Assembly: GCF_006345805.1 (NCBI RefSeq)
Contig: NC_042999.1
Span: 68,014,001-68,078,000 of the forward strand
Length of the DNA stretch: 64,000 nucleotides
Direction of reading: 5' to 3'
From: Octopus sinensis
Lineage: Eukaryota
Shown here: one piece after another, positions 24,352 to 38,644 of the stretch
Position numbering within the stretch: position 1 is the first letter of the stretch
Layout of the letters: the number at the start of each line of letters is the position of its first letter
Made by a program: the position numbers and the translations under genes
Notes under the pieces: generated by a model
Seen by the model: only the letters and a program-made list of their open reading frames with translations
The model's database searches: none
Told to the model about the DNA's origin: nothing

Positions 24352-24795
24352 TGTGCAACCACACACACACATATATGCACAAATAAATAAATGCAACCAA
24401 GTGGTTCTTAACTCGATTCCACTTCAGGGTACCTTGGGCGAGCGTCTTCTACAGCTGCCTCTTGTTGCTAGCTTAGGAGTTAGATTTCAGTATACTTTAT
24501 TCAGAAGACTGTCGTATATATGTATGTATCCGCTTGTCCGTACATCCATCCATACATACATGTCAGTAAATGCCTAAGTGGCAATCTGGATAAGTGGAAC
24601 AGTAAAAATATGCAAGACTTTTCTCAAGTTTAAAATGTGACATTGTTCTTGTTATCTAAGTTCCATTGATGGAGCTTTGTGTCTTTGTTAGCAACCAGCT
24701 CCTTCCTCAGAAGAAGAATCTGAATAGTTAAAAACAGAAGACATACATTCACACACACATAATACATACACACACACATACATACACATATACAC

Positions 24796-24861
<66 letters not shown>

Positions 24862-24864
24862 CTA

Positions 24865-25235
24865 ACGGCTAGAGCACACTGACCGAACGGTTAAAAAGCT
24901 TGCTTCCCAACCACGAGGTCCGGGTTCAATTCCGCTGAATGGAATCCTGGGCAACACCATTCTCTATACCTTCGATCCATATCTCGTGAGTGAAATTTGT
25001 TAGTCGGAAAATGTAGAGAAGACCATCAGGTAGATTGTACCAGTAATTCTAAAGGTACAGCCTTATCACTCTAACTGTGTTGCGTTCGGCCGTAGAACCC
25101 GATAGAATAAACACCAGGTTTAAGAAAGAAAAGTATCGGGTTGATTCATTCGACTAAAAATTCTTCAAGGCGGTGCCCCAGCATGACCGCAGTCTGATGA
25201 CTGAAACAAGTAAGAGATAACAGAAAAGATAAAGG
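24865..25235 (+). mobile_element. Degenerate SINE-B
   Basis: aagcttgcttcccaaccac...gggttcaattcc...cgatagaataa...aaggcggtgccccagcatg. Confidence 0.75.
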
Positions 25236-25472
25236 ATTAAAATCATGTTAGGTGTACACGTGTCTGCGGTAATACAGGAGCAAATAATTCAGTTGATGGA
25301 ATAACTGGCATCATCGTCGTCGACCGACGGAGATCCATCACGACCACTGATACCGCCGCCGCCTTTATATGCATGTCTGATAAAATAAATGTTTCATCTG
25401 ATGCTACGAAAAAAAATTAATAGCCTTGACAAAGAAACATATAACAAACTGAACTGTTGCCACTAATAACAC

Positions 25473-25522
<50 letters not shown>

Positions 25523-25702
25523 CACACACACACACACATATATGCATACATAGATACATATATACACACACACATATATATATATAATATGTATGTATGT
25601 ATATAATATACATATACATATATGTATGTATATATATACATTACATATATGTATATATATGTGTTATGGTATATATATATATACACGCACACGCCACATA
25701 TG

Positions 25703-25742
<40 letters not shown>

Positions 25743-25789
25743 AACCTTAAAAAGAGGAGAGTATAGGAATTGCTACTACAATTAATATA

Positions 25790-27330
25790 GATGAAAGCCT
25801 TGAATCTCTAGCCTTCCGAACATTACATATTACGCTTAACGACCACAAACCGAATTTTACTAGCAACCATAAATACCACTTAATTAACTCGGCAAAACCT
25901 GAATTAGGAGCACTTAGCAAGCAAAGGACGATTATTCTTAGAGTAAATATTATATCCTTCTCTTATTAAGCAGCAGTATGAATGTACAAAAATCGTTTTG
26001 CTGAATCTACAACCAGTAGAATTGTAGATTTACTCGACTTGGCGTTTCTGATTTTTATAATTTTATCACAAACCGCCTTCTTAAAGTTTTGGCCTTTGCA
26101 AAGAAGTCGTTAGCATATCCAATAGTTATATAATTATGTTTGCAGGAAAATCTCTCTTGTATTTTGATTATTCCACCGCGGTCAAGAAAAACGGAGTCGA
26201 ATTATGTGGTGTCTCTTTAGACGTATATGCATAGCTGTATGAAGTTTTAAGCTTTATATTGTAGTCATTTGTCAGAAAACATATACTTGAGGAAGAAAAG
26301 GAATTCGTAGAAACGATGGGTTGTCACCCAGACCAAGAGTGGACACGAGTTTGATAGGTTTAGGAAAGTGCTTATTAGATTTTAAAATGAAATATGCGTA
26401 CGTACTTTAGCTGATATTAACCTTACTGTTGTAAATTTTTTAGACATTAGGTAGCCTTTACCATAAGCCTAATTCACAATTTTGCTGTGTAACGTGTTCT
26501 AACCCAACATCAAGAGCTTTACGTGATTTAATCCATAGGATTGCTAAGTGGATATCATCATTATATTTAAATGAAACGAAGTTTCTCATGCATCTTAGTA
26601 ATGCAGTATGGCTGCTCGGAACAGCGGATTTTTAGAGGGAAATAAATTATCAACTTGTAACTAATGTTCCACGGTGCATATTTAAGAAACGGAAAATTAT
26701 TTATAACGCAATATTGTATATAATGTAAGTGTTAGAACCAACACAACCACAGAATTTCTTGATTTAATATCCCTCCAATGAACCTCAAATACATCTTTGA
26801 CAAACGTTTTCTCTAGTTAGCTGTGCTGCATGTAAAAAAAAAATCTTTGAAAGTTCTATAAGAAATGCTGAGCGACTTCTAATGCAATTAATTCAACTGT
26901 AACTGCACCATTCGTATTGAATGCCCGACTGAAGTCATTAAGAAGCTGTGCTTAGCTACACATGGACACTTTAAACAGAAACTATATTATGTGGTTAAAT
27001 ATACTTACCTGGTTAATGAAAGAATGCTCGTACTAATAAAAATGAAGTTTAGAGTTATATTCAACTATATCATTTTTATTAGTACGAGCATTCTTTCATT
27101 AACCAGGTAAGTATATTTAACCACATTATCGAAATACATTTGGATCTTGAAAAACATCCCTCATGCATTTAACATTACGTGGTCAGTACTGGAATTTATG
27201 TACAGTAGTTTTCGGTAAAGTGAGGAACTGCTATCTTGCCCTTAAATTTTGTATGTTTGAACTTTAGCTCTCAGTTTTTAGTAGCTTGAATTTTTTTCCT
27301 TTCTAAGCATTCAACCGCATAAAAATATCA
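25790..27330 (+). pseudogene. Penelope-like element, Naiad-type RT + GIY-YIG relic, heavily decayed
   Basis: Ordered motifs TLNDHKPNF..K.HLINSAKPELG.LSK, DFY, IMFAGKSLLYF..VKKNG, RNDGL, VVNFLDI, YHKPN, RKII, NCNC...ECP, TTLSKYIW.LK, ITWSVL. Confidence 0.8.
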
Positions 27331-28020
27331 CCATTTAGAAATTGTCGAACATCTACGTATCATGTGGTCGTTTCTTGCTATCCTCATTCTAGGAATTTCC
27401 CTATAAATGTTTGTGCATGTTAAATATGCACCTATAGATAAAAAGAGTAATACATACTCAATACTAAAGAGTAGGTGTTATTTATGGTTGTGTGTGTATG
27501 TGTCTATGTGTGTATGTGTGTGTGTGAGTGAAAAAATAAGAAAAAAGAATTGAAAATACGCGAAATTTATATATATATATATATATATAAAGCTACAAAG
27601 TTATGTTATCACATAAAAATATTTTCATATAAAAGTTTTACAGTAAAAATATCTGTATATGCCTTCACAAGGTGAGTTTTACACAGACGCACACATACTC
27701 GTAAAGAGACGTAATCACCTTTTACAGAAAAGTTTTCTAGTAAAAAAGTTTTCGTATATGTATAAAATAAGTTGTACTGAATATGTTTTAGTACATGCTT
27801 TAACCAAAGAAGTTTTTTCTGGAGGAGAAAAATTACATTTTACTAAGCAATTACGCTGTCATCAGCTTTCCAAGGTTTAATATATATTCTTCAATATACT
27901 TTTATCCCGTGTATATATCCATACATACATAAATACATACATGCATACATACATACATATGCATGAGAATACATACTTAAAGCAAAACGTACAAATTTGC
28001 ACACATACATACATACAAAC

Positions 28021-28135
28021 AAAAATACCCTGTTGTTGAAATTCCAATGAAAGAGCCTTGAATCTAGGTTAGAAACCGGCTCTTTCTCTATTGGCAACAA
28101 ATCTTGAAACACAACTGAACAATGACATACATACA
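28021..28135 (+). mobile_element. Short retroposon 3' tail embedded in (CATA)n
   Basis: Ends aaatcttgaaacacaactgaacaatga|catacatac. The same end occurs at 29145-29185 and a diverged one at 24640-24745. Confidence 0.65.
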
Positions 28136-28429
28136 TACATACAAATATTCATACATACATGCATATATATATATACATATACACACATACATGCACACAC
28201 ATTTATACTTACACACACACGCACACACGCACGCACGCACACACGCACACACACACACACACACACGCAAACATGCATCTTAGTATAGAAGCAAGAGAAA
28301 ATTAATACTCAGTATGATATAGTAGCATTCATTGTCATGTTATTTGAAGCTTAAGACCCACCTCAACGCTACTCTGAGTTTCTCGTTCTGGTACCTTGTA
28401 ATGTTCATGAAGGTGACTGTTATGAAATT

Positions 28430-29115
28430 TTATTTATATATATCAACAAGTCGTACACTGATATAATATGACCGAATTATTCAACCATCATACATATATC
28501 ATGACCGCTTCTTTGTTCTCGAGTGTAGCCATCGCCTGGCTCACTTCAGAATCGGTCTCATATGTGAGCAGTATGGATGTGGCTTTTCAGGTCAACAAGT
28601 AAGAAATCTGCATTATTTTGTACGAAAGTTGCATATATGATTGTTTCCAACAACATGAGCCACTCGTTGGTTATCAGGCACTTTCATGTGGCGTTTCAAA
28701 TCCCCTGCTGATAGGCAAAGCTTGCCGCATTCAGAGTATGTTTTTATAGTGTGTATGGCGTTATCCAAGTCAACTCTCATTACATGACCACTTTTTGCCA
28801 TTCAACTGAAGCAGACGATCTAGCGGATCGTCTGCTTCAGCTGCTAGAGCAGACGATTTGCTTGAGCAGATGATCTGCTAAAACAGACGCACGTCACCTC
28901 ACTTTGGTCACCCACATTTTCCCGAAATATCACATTCACACCATTTCTAGAATCCCTCTTCAGTTTCTCGTGATTTCTTCGAGCTATTTCGAATTTTTCT
29001 TTCCGGTCATATACTGTTTTCCTCCATCTGGCCCGGCCAGTTGCAATTTTTCCGCAATGTTAGCTTTCTTTCTTCAAATGTGTTATTACACAGTCCTTGA
29101 ATCTCATCTTAGGTT
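28430..29115 (-). pseudogene. RTE-clade LINE 3' relic with C-terminal zinc-finger-like motifs
   Basis: KPKMRFKDCV...IATGRARWRKTVY...FE..R.NHEKLKR, then SECGKLCLSAGDLKRHMKV and DLKSHIHTAH. Confidence 0.75.
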
Positions 29116-29216
29116 TATGAGGTGGACGCTTTCTGTTCCTCAGCTATTGGCGAGAAATCTTGAAACAAAACTGAACAATGACATACGTACATACATACGT
29201 ACGTACATACATACAT

Positions 29217-29905
29217 AGTCTTCCAAAGCCGTACAGTATTTCTCAGACAACACCTGCTAAACAACAGTAGCAAACAAAAATATATAAACTTAAAGCTGGA
29301 AAGTGAAGAGAACAACATGCTACTTGCCGGCTGTGAGCTTCCTCAAGAAGCACTCTCTTCTTGAAGACCTGCCATACAACCCCAAATCAACTGAACAAGC
29401 ATACTTCAAAACAGACCTGGATGCGAAATGTTCAGCGTATCAAAAAAAAAAAAAACTATGCATGGGTATGTTACCTGAAGACTTGAAGACGACAGTAATA
29501 TCGACTTGAAGTGCAGTCTGTCTAGGAATCGTGACCAATATATCAAATTGCACTTCGAAGTCTCTTCGTTTGCAATCGCTACAAAATACCTGATCAACAA
29601 AAGAGACAGTGAACCCTTTGAAACCCCAAGATGTAAGTAAAAATAGCGATTATGTCACATTTCTGTAGAATACATCACATGTGATTAGCAGCTGCCCAAA
29701 GATGCCATCAAAGTACTGCTTCTCTAAGCGACATGATGTTATCGCTAAAGTAATGTACAATGCCATTACGGAAAAAAAGAGTCCTGAAATGAATATAGAG
29801 AATCTTCCTGTTATTGAATGCATACATAGGTATCAACATATGGAAAAATGGTGGAACATTTCCGCCAAAACTTCTCGAATTGGTAGAAACAGTAGCCACA
29901 TTTTT
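29217..29905 (+). pseudogene. R4/Dong-like non-LTR relic (zinc-knuckle region)
   Basis: KTMHGY, HFE, IATKYL.NKR, HVISSCPKM.SKY...RHDVIAK.MYN, KWWNI. Begins directly after (TACA)n. Confidence 0.75.
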
Positions 29906-29984
29906 AAGGCTCAACAATCTCTCTCTCTTTCTCTCTCTCCTTCTCTCTTCCTCCTTCCTTTCTCTCTCTGCATCTGCCTGTCTG

Positions 29985-30049
<65 letters not shown>

Positions 30050-30089
30050 TTATAGTATTCTATTCTATCAATCTAAAAACATTAAGTCA

Positions 30090-30715
30090 GCTTGGAAGCC
30101 TGATAGCAGCATCCCAACCTGCTAGAACTAGCAGCCAAATATTTCTAGGGTTAAACAACACATATATGATATGAAGCCAACTTGGGAACCTTTTGGCAGT
30201 CACTCGAGCTGCAAGAAGAAGCAGCAAAATTTCTTTAATATCACCTCTAAGATTTTAAAGGTTGTCTTAAGGAAGTATCAAATAATGTGGTCAGAGGAAC
30301 GCTTCACCTGGGAAAGGACAAAATGACTGCAGCTGGAATGTCTTTTATCATAGATCATAAGTTTGATGGATAGGGGAAGACTAAGGACAAAAGAACATAT
30401 GGTATGGAACCAACTTAGAAACCTTTTGATTCTCACGTGTCCTGCTAGAAATAGCAATCAAATTTCCCTCTTTCTATATTGTCTTAAATAAAGGCAAGGG
30501 CACTTAAATAATGGAACCGAGATACACAATGCCTGGAAAAGACAAGGAAAAGACAATATGGTCACGGTTAGAATGCCTTCGATTATAGAATAAAGGTGTG
30601 CTCGATCAAGACTGATCTGGAGATAAATAATGTATATACGATAAGAAACAAATACGAAGGCTTCTTGGTTGTAACTCGATCAGTTACAAATACCAGCCAA
30701 ATTTCCCTCTCATCT
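30090..30715 (+). repeat. Tandem run of four degenerate family-O units
   Basis: Landmark ctgctagaa.tagcagccaaat-like at ~30119, 30210, 30442 and 30685. Confidence 0.6.
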
Positions 30716-31329
30716 CTCGTCCGTAACTCTTTGCCTGTCCGAAGCATGTCATACGTGTGTCCTAAACGTCCGTATTTGTTTTTAGACTTTTAGTTAGCCA
30801 TTGTTGCATGTTCTGAGTAATATAAAGATTTCCTTTCACAAGTCTTAAGTTACTCTGGTGAGCAAAAAGAAAAAAGAAAGAAAGAAAGAAAGAAAGACAG
30901 AAAGACAGAAAGAAAGAAAGAAAACGCGTATCATATATGATGCTTGGACATCCAGGGAAAAATGTCCTGAGTATCAGGGCAGACAAAAGGTTAAAGACTG
31001 GAGGGATATATTTGGTAATATAGCCCCAGATATGCCTGAAAAAAAAAGAAAACAAGATGACCATGACTTAGGTTGCCTTTGATTATAGATGATGGATCTT
31101 CTTGGTCAGAACTGACCGGGGGCTTCACAGCAACAACAATCTATTAGCCTACATCCATTACCTCTTTTTTCCCTCACCTCTTCACATTAACGAATCAAAT
31201 TACCAACGATATTTAATGAGTCCAATCCGTACATCAAAGAAACACAGACGTGTTGTAATAAAAACAGAAAGAGATGATGACTGCGAGGCTTTCGGTGGGG
31301 AAAGACAGATAATGGTAGAAGAGATAGAG

Positions 31330-31387
<58 letters not shown>

Positions 31388-31589
31388 TGTGAGCCAGAGA
31401 GGGAGACAGAGCCAGAGGGAGAGAGAGATAAGAGAAAGGAGAAAAGAGAAGGAGTGATTGTCTCTTTTCTGCTATTTATCTTTTGTAACCTTTACAGAGA
31501 ATAGTATTTGTAATGCTTCCTGATTTAGCGGCCTACCCTACTAACTTTTGATCTGCAAACGTGTGTGGAGGGGGTTATACAGTAAGCAG

Positions 31590-31820
31590 ACAGTCTCCAA
31601 CAATAACTAGATAGTTATGAGTTCCGTTTATTAATGAGCTTTTACTCACATATTTGGGACTGTTCAGCTGTTCTGTTGTTGCACACACATTAATTTTCTT
31701 CGAGCGTATCCAAAATGAGGCCATCCGTCTGATTGGCCAATTTTCCCTTCCCAACATTCTACCATAAGCATTGCTTCGCAGTTGTGCTACTGTTTCCTTT
31801 CTCTGCCTTTTGCAAACAGT
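31590..31820 (+). pseudogene. Very old CR1-group LINE fragment
   Basis: SHIWD...FERIQNEAIRLIG resembles the EYCSHIW...LDRIQ.RA.RLI motif. Confidence 0.45.
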
Positions 31821-32538
31821 TTCCTTCTGCTCCCTTGAACTAGCAAGCTGTGTAGTTATTTCACCCCCTACACTTCATATAACGACCACACCTTCCTCGA
31901 GGCAATGAGGAAGCCTCTTTGTAGTAACTTGATCTGCTAGAAATAGCAGTACGGTATCTTTCAAACCATGTCCTACTGTCTTAATTGAATATACTATTTA
32001 TAGCGGACTCAGTACTATGTCTGGTAATATCCTATCCAGCTTGGTGGATGACAGTAAATATATTTATGTGCGTATGTATGTATGTATGTATGTATGTATG
32101 TATGTATGTATGTATGTATGTATGTATGTATGTATGTATGTATGTATAATGATAAACCACGTGTATAACAACAAAAGCAGCAGACCTCAATATCATTGAA
32201 ATAGAGTACTAAGACGGCGAATCCATTTTGCATAAGTCACGCATTGTTTGCAACCACTGCTAGAAATTAATTTGACGTGTTAAGAAGTGAATATTGAATG
32301 TTATATCATTATATCATACTATAAATCTAAGTCTTTCACTGACACTGGGCGTATATAAATTGAATTAGATTAACTGTTTTGGGCAGATGTACAACAGCCA
32401 ATTGTAAATAATGTATCCCTGATAGATACTTTAATTAATTATTGATACACTACTAAATGAATAAATTAATTATTGATGTACTAATCACAAACACATACAT
32501 ATACACACATACACACACATGCATACAAACTTACACAA

Positions 32539-32577
<39 letters not shown>

Positions 32578-32590
32578 TGTGTGTGTAGGC

Positions 32591-32684
<94 letters not shown>

Positions 32685-32991
32685 TGATATTCTCATTCAG
32701 AAAACTTGGGTAACAGAAGAAGTTATGCCTCAAATCTTTCATTGATTTCCTAGAATTTAATAAAAAGATAGCGCCAGTAACCATCAAGAACAATAGAACA
32801 AACCAATTAAAGAGGATTACGTAAAATGTTGATTCTGAAGATCAAAATGAATTATAGATTCTTGTGGTGACCGTTTATCTAAAGAAGAACTTCTGTCAAT
32901 TCGCAAGACAAAATATCTAAATGAGTCTGGAGTCTGGTTAGAGTCAGTTACACTAGTACAAACATGTATATAATATATATATATATATATA

Positions 32992-33387
32992 TCTTTATAT
33001 ATAAAAGTGAAGTTGTGTGTCTGTCTCCTACGATTTAGATTCCTAACTACTCCCACATTTTGCGGTGCAGTTTAACCAAAACCGGGTATCTTATAGTCGT
33101 GATTCATATCGAGCCCTTCTGGGTATTAGCGCGCGTCTACGATGAGTCTACGATTAAAAAAAAAATTACCATAATTTTTTTCCATTTTAATGCATTTTAT
33201 TTCGCTATTATATAAGGGAAGTAACTCTCTAAAAATGTCTACGATGAGTCAACGATTTAAAAAAAATTTACCATCATTTTTTCCCATTTTTAATGCATTT
33301 TTTGCTATTTTTTGGCTATAACTCTCTAAAAATGCTTATATAGTTATTTCCCTTACAAACCCGAGCAACGCCGGGCGATACTGCTAG
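32992..33387 (+). mobile_element. Non-autonomous Helitron, family A (396 bp)
   Basis: Inserted at A|T, 5' TC, 3' CTAG, subterminal GC hairpin cccgagcaacgccggg, no TSD. Two further copies at 56089 and 57984. Confidence 0.9.
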
Positions 33388-34571
33388 TTCCATATATATA
33401 CATATATACGTACACATACATATATGCATACATACATACATACATGCATACATCACCAAAATTAAGGTAACAGCGGTCCACTGTATTGAGAATGACCCTA
33501 CCTGGGGGCTCAGTAGTAGTTCAAAAGAAAGGTGATTTGAACATGATAATTTCTTACCACGAACTGCTTCGAGAGAAAAGATTCAAGAACGAAGAGCAGC
33601 AGTTAATTTGCACAATGGAAGATCCGAAATGAGTCTGGAGACCCTAGTTTAGAGCCAGTAAACACCAGAAAGAATTCTTACAACATGAGTTCCTCAATAA
33701 CAGAATTAGCAAAATTAAGAATACTACGGCCCACGTTACTGAAAATGACTCTGCTTCAGAGTACAGCACTAGTAAAAGGATCTCTTCCAGACACGATACC
33801 TTGCTACTGTGATTTATTTCGTGACAAAAGGTTAAAGAAAACGCTGACAATATTAATGTATGTATTAAAACAGCGTGACGTGAGAAAGAAGCATAGCTTC
33901 AGATTTTCTTTCTTATATATTATCTTTTATTCACAACTGCTAAGGTAAGAGTTTGTAATTTCATGATAATTTTAGATTACAATTTACACAACGTATAACA
34001 TCACATTGTATGAGGTCTTCAAAATTATTAAAATCTTTGAGAGTACAACAGTAAGCCTCTGGATTTGTTCAGCATTTAGCCATGTTTATCATCTCCATCT
34101 CCGTTTGTAACACTGTTGAAAATTATATTTCAAGCACGTATCTGTTATGTAATTTATGTTATGTTATTAAGACCCCCATGCTGTTTCATTTGCTGCTGCC
34201 TTTTTGAGGAACATATCATGAGCGCAAACCGATCTATTGCTGTGCGTGTACGTGTGTGTAAACACACACATGTATATATAAGGGATGTGTGTGTGTGCGT
34301 AAGGTATGTTTTGTGGATGTCAACTTATTTCCAAGAACAACTATTCCTGGACATTGACAGAATTTTTTAGCTACAGTTTATCTGTGGCTGTAACTTTTGA
34401 GATGGTTCTTTTTTTTTTCCAGCCACTAACTTATAACTCATTCTGTGAATTGGATATTTCAGCTTATATGATGGGCCTTCTTCATTTGGGTGGCATGCTT
34501 TGAGACGACATTTTATCCACACATGCACGCCTCAGAATACCATACTTTGCCACATACATCATAGAGAACGT

Positions 34572-34753
34572 CAACCAGAGTATTATGTTGTTTGACAGAT
34601 TCATGAGTAACGTGTTTCCATTCATGGTTAATCAATACCGGTTTTGAAAGGCATAAAGGTTTGTGACCGTATACGCCTTTCAAAAGTGATATTGATTAGT
34701 TATGAGTGAAGACATGTTACTCACGAAGCTGTCAAACAATAATACCCTGATTG
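34572..34753. repeat. Imperfect ~180-bp palindrome (MITE-like foldback)
   Basis: ttgtttgacag..tcatgagtaac..taatcaata..ttttgaaaggc pairs with gcctttcaaaa..tattgatta..gttactcacga..ctgtcaaacaa. Confidence 0.75.
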
Positions 34754-35359
34754 CAAGCGTTGCATTTTAGGAAGTGTTTAAAGCCAATTTCTGAGAGTGA
34801 TGCGAGTCTTCATGTTTCATTGTACATTTTAAGTGGGCATAAGTTATGGACTTTGTCTCAGCCTCTTCAACACTATTGGCAATTAAACTTCTATACCGGT
34901 GCCTGTTTGGACGCTAGCGAATTGGCACAGTTGATTGGGAATTGTACTTGATTTGGCGATGGCTTTGTTTTTTTGCTTTTTTTTTTTTTTGGCGTCAGTA
35001 CTTTTTAGCACTGGAAGCAAACAGGTGCACACACGCACGCTTATCATCTAAAGAGTGGTAAAACACCAGAAAGAGATGGCATTCTGTCTGAATTGATAAA
35101 GGCAAAATTATAAAGAACACGTAAATTTGCTGATTAGCGTATTCCACCAAGTTTGGCAGGAGGGTATAATCCCACAAGAATGGAGAAACCATTCTTGCCT
35201 CTCTCTTCAAGAATGGATAAAAAATTAAACGTGTGTAACTACTGCGGATTATCTTCACACGTACACACACACTTTATACGGTCGAATGTTCAAGATGGCT
35301 GTTCGTCAATAAAGTACTCGATGCATTCAAAAACATACAAAAAATTTTTTATATAAACT

Positions 35360-35603
35360 GCATATGTGTGTGTATGTGTGTGTATACATACATACATACA
35401 TACATACATACATACATACATACATACATACATACATACATGTGTATGTGTGTGTGTGTGTGTGTGTATAAGTAAATGTATTTTACGTATTTGTATATGT
35501 ATATATGTGTGTATGTATATATGCACATTATATGTATATATTATACATATATATGTATTTTATTATTTTGTATATGTATAATATGTGTGTATGTATATAT
35601 ACA

Positions 35604-35661
<58 letters not shown>

Positions 35662-35736
35662 TATATATACATATATACATACACACATATATACATATAC
35701 AAATACATAAAATACATTTACTTATATACCCACAAC

Positions 35737-35772
<36 letters not shown>

Positions 35773-36021
35773 CATATATACACGTAAGTATGTATATATG
35801 TATTCAATATTGAACTTAGATTAGGTCAAGTGTCCTGTTTGTACATATAATCTGAGTTCAGACTAAGTCCGACCTCTTAAGGTCAGACTTGAGTGATCTG
35901 TTAAAAACTGAAAAGCTATTAATGTAAGACCCGATTTTAAGCGTATGTGTGTGGTGTGTGTTTTTTTGTGTAAACATTTATCCATCTATATGTATGTATA
36001 CATGTATATATATATTTATGT

Positions 36022-36105
<84 letters not shown>

Positions 36106-36165
36106 TATATATATATGTTATATATCTATATTTATGTACACATCTATATGTACACATTTTATGTA

Positions 36166-36213
<48 letters not shown>

Positions 36214-36364
36214 ATGAATATGTACATATACATAAATGTATGTGTATGTGTGGGGGGGTGCGTATGTATGTGTACGGATGCATATGTCTATATGTGTTTT
36301 ATAGGTGTATGTATGCGTTAATGTATTGTACGTATAGATAGATAGAGAGATACATAGATTGATT

Positions 36365-36447
<83 letters not shown>

Positions 36448-37179
36448 GTGTATGTATGTATATATGAATGTATGTGTGTGCGTGTATGAGCATGAATGTG
36501 GTGTATGCGTGTATATGTAGTCAAACATTTTTCTTTTATTTCTCTTCAGCTTGTAAATTGTTTCTAAATATAGTAATTACTTTAATCACAAGTTCTATTC
36601 AAACCATTATGGTATCTATTCAGTTATTTCACACGTTTCTTGTATTTTTTTTATCTGTAATTTATGTCATTCATATAAATGTGTGTGTGCATCTTTATAT
36701 ACATACATACATACATACAAACATACATACATACAGACAGACAGACAGAGACATATAAATATATATATATATACATATATGAATGTAAATTTATATATGT
36801 GTGTATAGTGAAAGAGAGAGAGAGAGAGACAGAGAGACACACAGACAGACAGACACACAAACAGACAAACAAACAGACAGACAGACGGACGGACGGACGG
36901 ACGGACAGAGAGACAGACAGACTGACAGACAGACAGACAGACAGATATATATATATATATATACTTGTGTGTGTGTGTGTGTGCGTGCGTGAGTGCGTGT
37001 ATATATATATATACATATATATATGTATATATATATTCATATATATATATATATATATATATAACATATATAGAGAGAGAGAGACAGAGAGAAAGAGAGA
37101 GAGAGACAGAGAGACACACAGACAGGCAGACAGACAAACAGACAGACAGACGGACGGACGGACGGACGGACGGACGGAC

Positions 37180-37234
<55 letters not shown>

Positions 37235-37241
37235 TAGATGA

Positions 37242-37297
<56 letters not shown>

Positions 37298-37599
37298 GCA
37301 TGCATGCACATTCATGCGAAGAAGCATGTGTGTTATATGATTGTGTATGTATTTGTTTATATATTATATACATATAACTAAAGTGTGTGTGTGTGTGTGT
37401 GTATGTGTGTGTGTGTGTGTGTGGTGTGTGTGCGTGTGTTGCTTTAAATTTATCTCAGTGATTCAATTCCATGAATCTCCAAATATACCCAAAAATGATT
37501 GCTTGTTTCTCAAATAAAGTGAAGTTTACTAATTTGTTAGTTAGTCTGTTGATCTTCCTACACAACTACAATTACAAATACTACTACTACTACTACTAC

Positions 37600-37648
<49 letters not shown>

Positions 37649-37869
37649 AATAAATGAAAAGATAAATAAAATTGAGAGAAAAATCAAAAATGACATTATT
37701 GATTGTCAATTTTATCTCACGTTCCATTCAATATTTTTTTTCTACTATGTGTGTGAGTATGTATGTGGTATAATGTATTAATTTGTTGTGATTATATACT
37801 GTATTCACTTATTTTATGTGTTTATATATATATATATATATATATATTATATGCACATATACGCGTCTT

Positions 37870-37908
<39 letters not shown>

Positions 37909-37964
37909 CATATACGCATATAAATTCATACACACGTATAGATACAGATACACACACACACACA

Positions 37965-38024
<60 letters not shown>

Positions 38025-38155
38025 ATATATACATATATACATATAGATATATAAACTATATATATATACACATATATATATATATATATACATACATATA
38101 TATATTTTAATATGTATGTGTGTAGGTTTATGTCTGTATGTGTGTGCGTGCGTGC

Positions 38156-38200
<45 letters not shown>
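35360..38200. repeat. Dense compound microsatellite field ((TACA), (TA), (GATA), (GACA), (GACG), (TG), (TAA))
   Basis: Directly visible, with short unique islands. Confidence 0.95.
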
Positions 38201-38205
<5 letters not shown>

Positions 38206-38315
38206 CGGTATAATTGTTTATTTAACGTTTATCAACAGTTTGTTTACTTTATCATGAGACAAATTTGACAAGGATTTGTGAAAGCAATTTGATACTTGGT
38301 TATTTGTTAGCTTTG

Positions 38316-38390
<75 letters not shown>

Positions 38391-38644
38391 TCATTATTAT
38401 TATTGTTGTTGTTGTTGTTGTTATTGTTATTGTTATTATTATTATTATATCAATTTTGGTGTATTTATTTATACTTTCTCCTCTCTTTCTCTCTATTTCT
38501 CTCTCTCTCGTTCCTTTTCTTTCTCTCTTCCTCTTTAAGATTGAAAACCAAACGTTACTTTAATCCAATATATTGGTTTTTTGAACGGCGTGTTGTTCAT
38601 GTAATATATCAGACGGAAATTGCCGAATAGAAAAGCTATTAGTC

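Noticed and set aside
27001-27012. atacttacctgg, identical to the U1 snRNA 5' end
   Set aside because: Only 12 nt match and the rest of U1 is absent. It is the inverted copy of Naiad relic sequence.
25790-27330. Selenocysteine/SECIS features known from some Naiad elements
   Set aside because: The relic is too decayed to tell recoded TGA from nonsense mutations, and no SECIS could be discerned.
28560-28760. C2H2 zinc-finger host gene
   Set aside because: The fingers are broken and lie directly downstream of RTE ORF2 motifs, so they are better explained as the LINE C-terminus.
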